Assembly (NCBI GenBank): GCA_039630445.1
Contig: JBCNVA010000014.1
Coordinates: 1-48,215 of the forward strand
Direction: 5' to 3'
Length of the DNA stretch: 48,215 nt
Origin: Armatimonadota bacterium
GTDB taxonomy: Bacteria > Armatimonadota > Fimbriimonadia > Fimbriimonadales > GBS-DC
In this document: in pieces, positions 1 to 7,310 of the stretch
How the letters are laid out: each line of letters begins with the position of its first letter
How positions within the stretch are numbered: position 1 is the stretch's first letter
The notes under the pieces: generated by a model
The model's database searches: none
Seen by the model: the letters and a program-made list of their open reading frames with translations, nothing else
What the model was told of the DNA's origin: nothing
Program-made: the position numbers and the translations under genes

Positions 1-142
1 GCGTTTCCACAATCTGGCGCAGCAGCTGCGGCATCGTGAGCAGCTCCTCGCCCAGTAGCACCAGGCGCAGAGCCTCTCGCCATTCAGGGTGCTGCTCCAA
101 GAGGCGCACCAGCTCCGGAAGGTCTGATAGTGTGAACGCCAT
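1..142 (-). CDS. 5' part of a coiled-coil hypothetical protein, truncated by the window edge
   Basis: Read by hand on the minus strand: MAFTLSDLPELVRLLEQHPEWREALRLVLLGEELLTMPQLLRQIVET. GGTATAAT lies 10 nt upstream of the ATG. Not in the ORF track. Confidence 0.75.
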   Translation of the reverse strand, partial: MAFTLSDLPELVRLLEQHPEWREALRLVLLGEELLTMPQLLRQIVET

Positions 143-200
143 GCTCAGAGAGATTATACCCTGCATCGGGTGGGGGGTGTTCGGGTATTATACAGGCGGT

Positions 201-1007
201 ATGCGATCGGCGTTTGAGCAGTTGCCCGATGTGGCGATGGAGAGCGATTCGCGGGGCGTTGCGCTACAAGCGGTTGGCGTTCGGGAGTTGCGCCTTCCCT
301 TGAGGCTTATTACCCCCACAGGTGCGGAGCAGGCGGTGATTGCCAGCGCAGAGTTGAGCGTGGATATCGAGGCGTCTCAGCGCGGCACCCACATGAGTCG
401 TCTGGTAGAGACACTCTATGAGTGGACGGCTCAGCCTCAGTCGCCTGCAGGGGTACGCGAGCTGCTGCAACTTACCCAAGAGCGATTGGGCAGTCGTCGC
501 GCCCATCTGTGCCTGCGCTTTCCCTACTTCGTGTCGCTTGCAGCCCCCGTTACAGGTGTGTCGGGGTTGCTGGATATAGAAGTGGAGTGGGACGCACAGC
601 TTGCAAACGGCGTCTCGTGCGGCACCACCTTCTTTGAAGTGCCCGCGCTGACGCTCTGCCCCTGTAGCAAAGCCATCTCCGAGTTTGGGGCACATAATCA
701 GCGTGCGCTTGTGCGCCTCTGGCTGCAGACGAATGACCGTGCGCTTCTGCTACCTGACGATTACCTGCCGTTGATCGAGCAATCAGTCAGCGCCCTGGTC
801 TATCCTGTGCTGAAGCGTCCCGACGAAAAGTTCGTGACGGAGAAAACCTACGAGACGCCGCGCTTTGTGGAGGATGTGGTGCGTGAGCTGGTGCTGCGCC
901 TGCAGGAGCGCAAGGAGCTGCGCTGGTTCCGTGCCGAGTGCGAATCGATCGAATCGATCCATAACCATAACGCTTTTGCGCGGTATGAGGAGCCGCGTCC
1001 GAAATAG
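201..1007 (+). CDS. folE2: GTP cyclohydrolase I type IB (FolE2)
   Basis: Motifs LPDV, RGTHMSR, TLCPCSK, GAHNQR, LKRPDEK, P.FVED, ESIHNH.A. Start re-set to ATG 201. Confidence 0.93.
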   Translation: MRSAFEQLPDVAMESDSRGVALQAVGVRELRLPLRLITPTGAEQAVIASAELSVDIEASQRGTHMSRLVETLYEWTAQPQSPAGVRELLQLTQERLGSRRAHLCLRFPYFVSLAAPVTGVSGLLDIEVEWDAQLANGVSCGTTFFEVPALTLCPCSKAISEFGAHNQRALVRLWLQTNDRALLLPDDYLPLIEQSVSALVYPVLKRPDEKFVTEKTYETPRFVEDVVRELVLRLQERKELRWFRAECESIESIHNHNAFARYEEPRPK

Positions 1008-1050
1008 CGAAGTGGCGAAATAGCGAAGTGGCAAGATAGCGAATGGCGAA
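1001..1050 (+). repeat. Degenerate 7/8-mer tandem repeat at the folE2/znuC junction
   Basis: GAAATAGC GAAGTGGC GAAATAGC GAAGTGGC AAGATAGC GAATGGC GAA. Confidence 0.9.
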
Positions 1051-1777
1051 TCTGCTGGAGGTTGTGGAGCTAGGTGTCTGGTTGGGCGGGCGTTGGGTGC
1101 TGGAGGGCGTCTCGCTCAGCGTGGGCGAAGGTGAGCTGGTCGCGCTGATCGGTCCGAATGGAGCGGGCAAGACAACCCTGCTGCGTGTGGCACTGGGACT
1201 GATCCCCTACCAGCGGGGTGAGGTGCGCGTGTTGGGCAAGCTACCTGCGAAACTCACGCCTGCTGACCGCGCCCAGATTGGCTATGTGCCCCAGGCGCTG
1301 CAGTTTGACCGCACGATGCCGTTGCTGGTTTCTGAGCTATTGCAGGCGATGCTGGGCGAGCATTTTTCGCGCCGCGCCGCACTTCAGCATGTGCTGGAAG
1401 CCGTTGATGCCCAACATCTGCTGGACAGGGAGGTGCGCGCCCTGTCGGGAGGTGAGCTGCAGCGAGTGGTGGTTGCTGCCGCGCTGGCGCTGGAGCCGCG
1501 CCTGCTGCTGCTGGATGAGCCTGCCACCGGCATCGATGTGGGCGTGCGCCGGCAGTTCTATGACCTAATCGAGGAGCAGCGCACGCATCGAGGTGTTGGT
1601 GCACTGGTGGTCTCACACGACCTGAGCATCGTGAGCCGCTACGCCACGCGCGTGGTTTGCATTCATCATCGCTTGCTCTGCACCGGCACACCGCAAGAGG
1701 TACTTCAGATGCCGATCATGGAGGAACTGTACGGGCATCCAGTGTCGGTGTATCAGCATGCAGCGAGTAATGAGTAG
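1043..1777 (+). CDS. znuC: Metal (Zn/Mn) ABC transporter ATP-binding protein
   Basis: Walker A GPNGAGKT, IGYVPQ, LSGGELQR, LLLLDEP, SHDL; next to a ZnuB-type permease. Confidence 0.85.
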   Translation: MANLLEVVELGVWLGGRWVLEGVSLSVGEGELVALIGPNGAGKTTLLRVALGLIPYQRGEVRVLGKLPAKLTPADRAQIGYVPQALQFDRTMPLLVSELLQAMLGEHFSRRAALQHVLEAVDAQHLLDREVRALSGGELQRVVVAAALALEPRLLLLDEPATGIDVGVRRQFYDLIEEQRTHRGVGALVVSHDLSIVSRYATRVVCIHHRLLCTGTPQEVLQMPIMEELYGHPVSVYQHAASNE

Positions 1778-1794
1778 CAAACGGGGCAGAGAGC

Positions 1795-2607
1795 ATGCTG
1801 GAGTGGCTGGAGTTTGACTTTGTGCGGAATGCGCTGCTGGCGATGGCGTTGCTGGCAGCGTTTTATCCGCTGATGGGGGTCTATGTGGTGGGTCAGCGCG
1901 CAGCGTATTTTGGCGACGCGGTGGCGCATTCGGCGTTCGTGGGCGCGGCACTGGCGGCTATTTTGGATTGGCAGATGGGTACGGTGCTGCTCCTCACTGC
2001 ACCGCTCTTCGCGTTGCTGATTGCCTGGTTCCAGTGGCGTACCCATTTGCCTACCGATGTGCTGCTGGTAGTCGCCATCACGAGTGTCTCGGCAGCGGGC
2101 ATCGCGTTGGTGAGCCTGTTAGAGGCGCCCTTGTCGCTCGGTGCGTTGCTGTTTGGTGACCTGCTGGCGATTGAGCGGAGCGACCTGTGGCGGTTGCTGG
2201 GTGTGGATTGTATCGGGGCTGCAATGCTGCTGCTTTTGACGCGCCCGCTGATACGGATCGGGTTCCATCGGGAGTTAGCTCAGGCGCAGGGTGTGCCCGT
2301 GCGAGCGGTGGAGACACTGTTTCTGATCGGCTTGGCGCTCGTGGTGGCAGTGGGCATTCGGACGGTGGGCATCTTGCCCATCAGTGCGCTGCTGGTACTG
2401 CCCGCAGCAACCGCGCGTGCGCTTAGTCGCAGCTTTCGGGGCATGCTGGTCACAAGTGCAATAGTTGGCTGGCTCTGCCTGCTTGTAGGGTTCGGGCTGG
2501 CAATCTGGCAACCGATTCCGCCAGGCGCGGCGGTCGCACTGGTCGCGGCGACCCTCTTTGTGCTGACAGCGGGTGTTGCCCCCTTGCGAAAGGAGCGCGT
2601 CGGATGA
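1795..2607 (+). CDS. znuB: Metal (Zn/Mn) ABC transporter permease (ABC-3 family)
   Basis: GDAVAHSAFVG, LLFGDLL and VGILPISALLVLPAATA motifs; multiple TM segments. Confidence 0.85.
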   Translation: MLEWLEFDFVRNALLAMALLAAFYPLMGVYVVGQRAAYFGDAVAHSAFVGAALAAILDWQMGTVLLLTAPLFALLIAWFQWRTHLPTDVLLVVAITSVSAAGIALVSLLEAPLSLGALLFGDLLAIERSDLWRLLGVDCIGAAMLLLLTRPLIRIGFHRELAQAQGVPVRAVETLFLIGLALVVAVGIRTVGILPISALLVLPAATARALSRSFRGMLVTSAIVGWLCLLVGFGLAIWQPIPPGAAVALVAATLFVLTAGVAPLRKERVG

Positions 2608-3059
2608 TAATCAAGCGTATTTTGCCCATCCTTTGCTGGCTATTCTGGATGGGGCTGATTTTTCGCTTTTCGTCAATAGACTGGAGCGGGCAGCGCACCG
2701 CCTCGCTGCTTGAGGTGGTGCTGGCAAGCTGGTTCCCTGCAATTGCCCAACGGCTTACAGAAAGCCAGCTGGAAGCGCTGAACTTCGCCGTGCGCAAGCT
2801 GGCGCACTTCGTTGAGTTCGGCATTCTCATGCTGCTGGGCTACTGGGCATTTTTGCGCGGGTTTGGCTGTGCGCCCCGACCTGCGCTTCGTTGGGCAATC
2901 GGAACCAGCATCGCTTATGCAGTGCTGGACGAGCTGCGCCAGCTCACCGTGCCTGGTCGAATGGGTAGCGCAGTCGATGTGTTAATCGACACGGCAGGCG
3001 TGCTGTTTGTTGCCTGGCTCATCAAACGGCGATGGTCTCGCCCGGGCGCATCGCGATAA
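2604..3059 (+). CDS. VanZ family membrane protein
   Basis: WMGLIF.FSS, RKLAHF.EFGIL, YAVLDE..Q..VPGR, DVLID. Confidence 0.88.
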   Translation: MIIKRILPILCWLFWMGLIFRFSSIDWSGQRTASLLEVVLASWFPAIAQRLTESQLEALNFAVRKLAHFVEFGILMLLGYWAFLRGFGCAPRPALRWAIGTSIAYAVLDELRQLTVPGRMGSAVDVLIDTAGVLFVAWLIKRRWSRPGASR

Positions 3060-3726
3060 TCTCCAGCCCTTCGATATCGCGCGTCAGCTCACGCAGCTGC
3101 TCTGGCGTGCCTGTCAGCAGCGGGAAAGTACCCCAGTGCATCGGGATCACGCGCTTCACACCGAGCAGCCGAATGGCATACGCCGCCTCGCGCGGTCCCA
3201 TCGTGAACAGATCACCAATCGGCAACATCGCCAGGTCGGGGCGGTAAAGCTCCCCAATCAGGCGCATATCGCCGAATACGCAGGTGTCGCCCGCGTGATA
3301 GAGGGTGAAGCCATCCTCTAAACGCACCACAAAACCTACTGGCTCGCCTGCATAGTGAAGCTGCCCGCCTTCGTCCAGCCCGCCACTATGGAACGCATTC
3401 ACCATCGTGACGGCGATGCCTTCGTAATACGCAGTACCGCCCTTGTTCATCGGCTGCACCTTCTGCACCCCGTGCCGATTCAGGTGCAGGTAGATTTCAT
3501 AGATTGCCATGATGGTGGGCGAGAACTGCTTCGCGATGCGCACCGCATCACCGAAGTGGTCGGAGTGCCCATGCGTGATGAGCATGAGATCTACCTTTGG
3601 CAAGGTCTTCTCGCTTTCGGGGCACGCGGGGTTGCCGTAGACCCATGGGTCGATCAGGATGTGCTTGCCCTGCGGCGACTCTATAAGAAAGGTTGCATGT
3701 CCGAACCATTTGATGCGCGTAGCCAT
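3022..3726 (-). CDS. Metallo-beta-lactamase-fold metal-dependent hydrolase (UPF0173-like)
   Basis: WFGHA, IDPW, THGHSDH, YHAGDT, LPIG..FTM, IPMHW.TF; SD GGAGG. Confidence 0.9.
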   Translation of the reverse strand: MATRIKWFGHATFLIESPQGKHILIDPWVYGNPACPESEKTLPKVDLMLITHGHSDHFGDAVRIAKQFSPTIMAIYEIYLHLNRHGVQKVQPMNKGGTAYYEGIAVTMVNAFHSGGLDEGGQLHYAGEPVGFVVRLEDGFTLYHAGDTCVFGDMRLIGELYRPDLAMLPIGDLFTMGPREAAYAIRLLGVKRVIPMHWGTFPLLTGTPEQLRELTRDIEGLEIIAMRPGETIAV

Positions 3727-3753
3727 GCCCTGTCACCTCCTGTGGAGTGGATT

Positions 3754-3990
3754 CTACCTGATTAACCCTTCAGCAGTTCGCGAAGTTGCTCTTTGCTCAG
3801 CTCTGTATCGCGGAGGATTTTGCTGACTCTCCTCAAGATGGAGCAAGATGACTTCGCGGATGCGGTTCATTAGCTCATCCAGCGAGCGCGCCTGTGTATA
3901 GCAGCCTTTTAGCTCCACCACCTCGCCGACATAATATCCCTCTTCGTCCTGTTCCACCAGCACAGTGAACTCGCGCATTACTCTCACCAC
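3754..3990 (-). CDS. HicB/UPF0150 family protein (antitoxin-like), no adjacent HicA
   Basis: FTVLVEQDEEGYYVGEVVELKGCYTQARSLDELMNRIREVI. Start is GTG 3990 or ATG 3978. Confidence 0.8.
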   Translation of the reverse strand: MVRVMREFTVLVEQDEEGYYVGEVVELKGCYTQARSLDELMNRIREVILLHLEESQQNPPRYRAEQRATSRTAEGLIR

Positions 3991-4063
3991 AGGCAAATTG
4001 TACCTGAAAAAGCAGGGTTATGCTCTGCATAATCGCAGTTGCCTTGCCGATAATGGAGCCGTG

Positions 4064-4837
4064 ATGCGAGCGGTGCTGAGTCTGATCGCGACCCTTGGAG
4101 GGGTCTATGCACTGCTCACGGACGAGGCAATTCTGCGGATTCGGATCGAGGCAGAGATCACGGCTCAAGCGGAGCGGTTCCGACTGGGCGATATCGCTTC
4201 GGTGGAGGGCGGCACACCGTCGCAGCGCGAACAGCTGAAACAGATCGAGTTAGGCGCTGCGCCCCTGCCCGGTCAGAAACGCCTCTTTACCCGCCAGCAG
4301 CTGCTTACCCGCCTGCGCCAGCACGGGATAGACCCGCAAATGCTCCAGATCGAAATGCCCGACACAGTGCGCATTACGCGCATGGCGCAATCGCTCTCAA
4401 TGGACGCGCTGGAACGGTTCGCTCAGGAGCAACTCACACGCTTTTTGGGCGAATCGGCAGCGCACTGGCAGCTGGAGCGCGGCAAAACTACAGAGACGCT
4501 GGCGCTGCCAGAGGGCGACCTCTCCTTTCGGCTGATGGGTGAGCCGCGAATCGGGACGGATACCGCCACGCTGGAGGTGGAAGTGCTGGTGAATGGTCAG
4601 CCGAAGGCGCAGCGTATGCTCCGTTTCCGCACACCCCAACGCGCCCGCACCTTACTGGTGCGCTCAGGGGAGACGGTGCAGGTACAGGTACGCGCGGAGG
4701 GGGTACTGCTGGAGGTATCGGGCTTGGCGCGCGCCTCGGGCGCTGAAGGAGAGGTGATCCCTGTGTATATCCCTACTACGCAGAAAACAGTTCGCGCTCG
4801 CGTGATGGACAAAGGGCGTGTGGAGGTGATTCTGTGA
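4064..4837 (+). CDS. flgA: Flagellar basal-body P-ring chaperone FlgA-like protein
   Basis: N-terminal LGDIA...LG.APLPG; C-terminal LVRSGETV...G.ARASGAEGEVI.V....TQK.V.ARV...G.VEV; overlaps flgH. Confidence 0.7.
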   Translation: MRAVLSLIATLGGVYALLTDEAILRIRIEAEITAQAERFRLGDIASVEGGTPSQREQLKQIELGAAPLPGQKRLFTRQQLLTRLRQHGIDPQMLQIEMPDTVRITRMAQSLSMDALERFAQEQLTRFLGESAAHWQLERGKTTETLALPEGDLSFRLMGEPRIGTDTATLEVEVLVNGQPKAQRMLRFRTPQRARTLLVRSGETVQVQVRAEGVLLEVSGLARASGAEGEVIPVYIPTTQKTVRARVMDKGRVEVIL

Positions 4838-5430
4838 AAGCACTCGGATTGATACTGGCACTGTGTTTATCAGACCTATCTGACCTGTCTGGCTCGCCGC
4901 TTGCTGCGCCCACAGGTTCGCTCTGGAGCGAGCAGAGTGGCTCGCTGTTTGAGGACTTCAAGGCACGGCGCGTCGGCGACCTGCTCACGATTGTCGTGAC
5001 CGAAAGCACAACGGCTGCGGCAAACGCCGACACCGCTGTCAAAAAGAGCGAATCGGCGTCCACGCAGGCGGGCGTGGGTCCCCTGCTAAAGTTGCTTTGG
5101 CCTGAACTCAGCGCAGGGGGCAAGAGCGACCTAAGCGCATCGGGCAGCACCACACGCAGCGGGCGCATCACGGCACGCATCACCGTCGTGGTCATGGAGA
5201 CGCTGCCAAATGGCGTGCTGCGTGTGGAGGGACGACGCACGCTCAAAATTAACGATGAAACGCAGACCCTCGTGTTCACAGGGCTGGTGCGCGTTCGCGA
5301 CATCCGTGCCGATAATACGGTGCCCTCCGCGCTCGTCGCTAATGCCCAGATCCAGTTCGAGGGGAAGGGCACGGTCGGCTCCCGCCAGCGCGAAGGACTG
5401 ATCACCAAACTGTTTAGGGTGCTGTTTTAG
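4834..5430 (+). CDS. flgH: Flagellar L-ring protein
   Basis: SLFED.KA.RVGDLLTI.V.E, LPNG.L.VEG, GLVR..DI..DNTV.S..VANAQI...GKG. Confidence 0.9.
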   Translation: MKALGLILALCLSDLSDLSGSPLAAPTGSLWSEQSGSLFEDFKARRVGDLLTIVVTESTTAAANADTAVKKSESASTQAGVGPLLKLLWPELSAGGKSDLSASGSTTRSGRITARITVVVMETLPNGVLRVEGRRTLKINDETQTLVFTGLVRVRDIRADNTVPSALVANAQIQFEGKGTVGSRQREGLITKLFRVLF

Positions 5431-5481
5431 GAGTCAGGAAACGGCTCCAGCGGTTCACCTCAAGCCCTCCTGTGTACCCCC

Positions 5482-5511
5482 TTGACAGGGATGGGGTGGA
5501 TGTGGTATATT
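5482..5511 (+). promoter_or_regulatory. Sigma70-type promoter of tRNA-Asn
   Basis: TTGACA-N18-TATATT, 11 nt upstream of the tRNA. Confidence 0.75.
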
Positions 5512-5522
5512 AAAAAGCAGGT

Positions 5523-5597
5523 TCCTGGGTAGCTCAACGGTAGAGCGGGTGGCTGTTAACCACCAGGTTGCAGGTTCGAATCCTGCCCCAGGAGCCA
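5523..5597 (+). tRNA. tRNA-Asn (GTT)
   Basis: Acceptor stem TCCTGGG/CCCAGGA, anticodon arm GGTGG-CTGTTAA-CCACC, T-loop TTCGAAT, encoded CCA. Confidence 0.97.
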
Positions 5598-5610
5598 GTT
5601 GTTTTTTCAG

Positions 5611-6429
5611 ATGGCGCAGGTGCGTTTGCAGAAATGGCTGGCGCGATGCGGGGTTGGCTCCCGTCGTGCGTGCGAACAGCTCATCCAGCAGGGGCGTGTC
5701 CAGGTGAACGGGCAGCCTGCCGTGCTGGGAATGCGTATTGACCCCGAACACGACACCATCACCCTCGATGGGAAACCGCTAACACCACCGCCTGCTCCCG
5801 TTTATGTGATATTGCACAAGCCGCCAGGGTATGTCACCACGCGCAAAGACCCACATGCGCTCCGCACTGTGATGGAACTGCTCAAGGGTTTGAAAACGCC
5901 TGTTTTCCCTGTGGGACGGCTGGATGCCGATGCCGAAGGCTTGCTCTTGCTCACCAACGATGGTGAACTCGCGCATCGGCTGTTGCATCCGCGCTATAAA
6001 GTGCCCAAGACTTACCGCGTCTGGGTACGGGGTTCGCCAAATGAGAACGCCCTGCGCCAGCTGCGTGAAGGGGTGATGCTGAAGGAGGGCAAAACCGCTC
6101 CTGCGAAGGTGCGCCTCATCCAACGCGGACGCCACCAGAGCGTGCTGGAACTCACCTTGCATGAGGGGCGCAAACGGCAGGTCAAGCGGATGTGTGCCGC
6201 CGTCGGACACCCTGTGCAGCGACTGGTGCGTGTGGCGTTCGGTCCGCTGCGCCTACCCCGCGACCTCCCACCAGGCGCATGGCGCGAACTAACACCCACC
6301 GAGCGCGAGGCACTGTTGCAAGCCGCAGGGCTTCTTTCCGCCGAATCGTCCGACAAAAAGCAGGAATCGATGGAGGCGGCGTCGAACAGTAAAAATCAGC
6401 CTGCTGCAGCAGGCGCACTCGATCGATGA
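5611..6429 (+). CDS. rluB: rRNA pseudouridine synthase, RsuA/RluB family, with S4 domain
   Basis: RLQKWLA..G..SRR, HKP.GY, FPVGRLD catalytic motif, LLLLTNDG, EGRKRQVKRM. Confidence 0.88.
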   Translation: MAQVRLQKWLARCGVGSRRACEQLIQQGRVQVNGQPAVLGMRIDPEHDTITLDGKPLTPPPAPVYVILHKPPGYVTTRKDPHALRTVMELLKGLKTPVFPVGRLDADAEGLLLLTNDGELAHRLLHPRYKVPKTYRVWVRGSPNENALRQLREGVMLKEGKTAPAKVRLIQRGRHQSVLELTLHEGRKRQVKRMCAAVGHPVQRLVRVAFGPLRLPRDLPPGAWRELTPTEREALLQAAGLLSAESSDKKQESMEAASNSKNQPAAAGALDR

Positions 6430-6442
6430 GGAGGTAGCGACG

Positions 6443-7249
6443 ATGAGAAACGGAGTAATGACAGGCACGCTTTTAGCGATATTGACGGGCATCCATCTGG
6501 CAACCGCGCAAATTGCCAATGAACTGGCACGCGGCGGCTATATCAGCTGGCGATTCCTCAGCGGCAACTACGAGATTACAGGGGCTATTTCCCAGTCAGG
6601 TACCTTTACGGCAAGTGACCCCGTGAGCTTCCCGCTACAAGACCTCAACAACGATGGGGTTGCCCTCGATGTGCTGCTCAATCTGGGTGAACTGCTGGAA
6701 GATGTCGGGTTGAACTATCAGGTCCCTCTGATTGCCAGCGTGATCTCGGACAGCCCTACAAGCGCGATTATACGCTGGACTGGTTCGTTGAACCTCAGCG
6801 ATTGTATCCCCGTTAATATTGGCGGCGCAACTATTAATGTGCTGATCACCTATGTGGAAGGCTCGCTGCAGGGACAGGTCACGCGCATCCCTTGCCAGCC
6901 CGATCCGCTGGGGCGATTGCCTCACAATGTGACTCTGCAGGTCGTGCCCAACGGGGGTGATACCTACAACTACCTGCGCGTGCGGGGCTATGTGTTCTGC
7001 GTTCAGCTGCCCAACTTTCTGACCAATGCCCGCATATTCAACATGAACTGGATCGGCTATGGGGGTGGCATACCTCGTTCGCTGGGCAATGTGAACGGGG
7101 ACTGCATCGTGGACGATGCCGACCTGCTCGCGGTTCTGTTCAGCTTTGGTCAGACGGGGACGAACCTGCCAGAGGACACCAACGGCGACGGGATCGTGGA
7201 TGATGCCGACTTGCTGACCGTGCTGTTCAACTTCGGTGCGGGTGGCTAA
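6443..7249 (+). CDS. Secreted protein with C-terminal dockerin/EF-hand-like duplicated repeat
   Basis: Signal peptide ending ATA-Q; C-terminal NVNGDCIVDDADLLAVLFSFG and DTNGDGIVDDADLLTVLFNFG; SD GAGGAGG. Confidence 0.8.
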   Translation: MRNGVMTGTLLAILTGIHLATAQIANELARGGYISWRFLSGNYEITGAISQSGTFTASDPVSFPLQDLNNDGVALDVLLNLGELLEDVGLNYQVPLIASVISDSPTSAIIRWTGSLNLSDCIPVNIGGATINVLITYVEGSLQGQVTRIPCQPDPLGRLPHNVTLQVVPNGGDTYNYLRVRGYVFCVQLPNFLTNARIFNMNWIGYGGGIPRSLGNVNGDCIVDDADLLAVLFSFGQTGTNLPEDTNGDGIVDDADLLTVLFNFGAGG

Positions 7250-7260
7250 AACAAAATCGC

Positions 7261-7288
7261 GTGGCACGGGCAGGAACGCCCGTGCCAC
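7261..7288. repeat. REP-like palindrome or terminator between convergent genes
   Basis: GTGGCACGGGC-AGGAAC-GCCCGTGCCAC, an 11-bp perfect stem. Confidence 0.75.
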
Positions 7289-7310
7289 AGTTGCAAGTGG
7301 TATTCGCTAC

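Noticed and set aside
36-200. N-terminal extension of folE2 in the ORF track
   Set aside because: It overlaps the real minus-strand gene (1-142), and FolE2 similarity starts at ATG 201.
143-200. Zur box upstream of folE2-znuCB
   Set aside because: The only AT-rich parts are the two divergent -10 hexamers; there is no Fur-family palindrome.
5523-5610. tRNA-Asn as an integration site for a genomic island
   Set aside because: No integrase and no duplicated tRNA 3' end were seen; a housekeeping gene follows 13 nt later.
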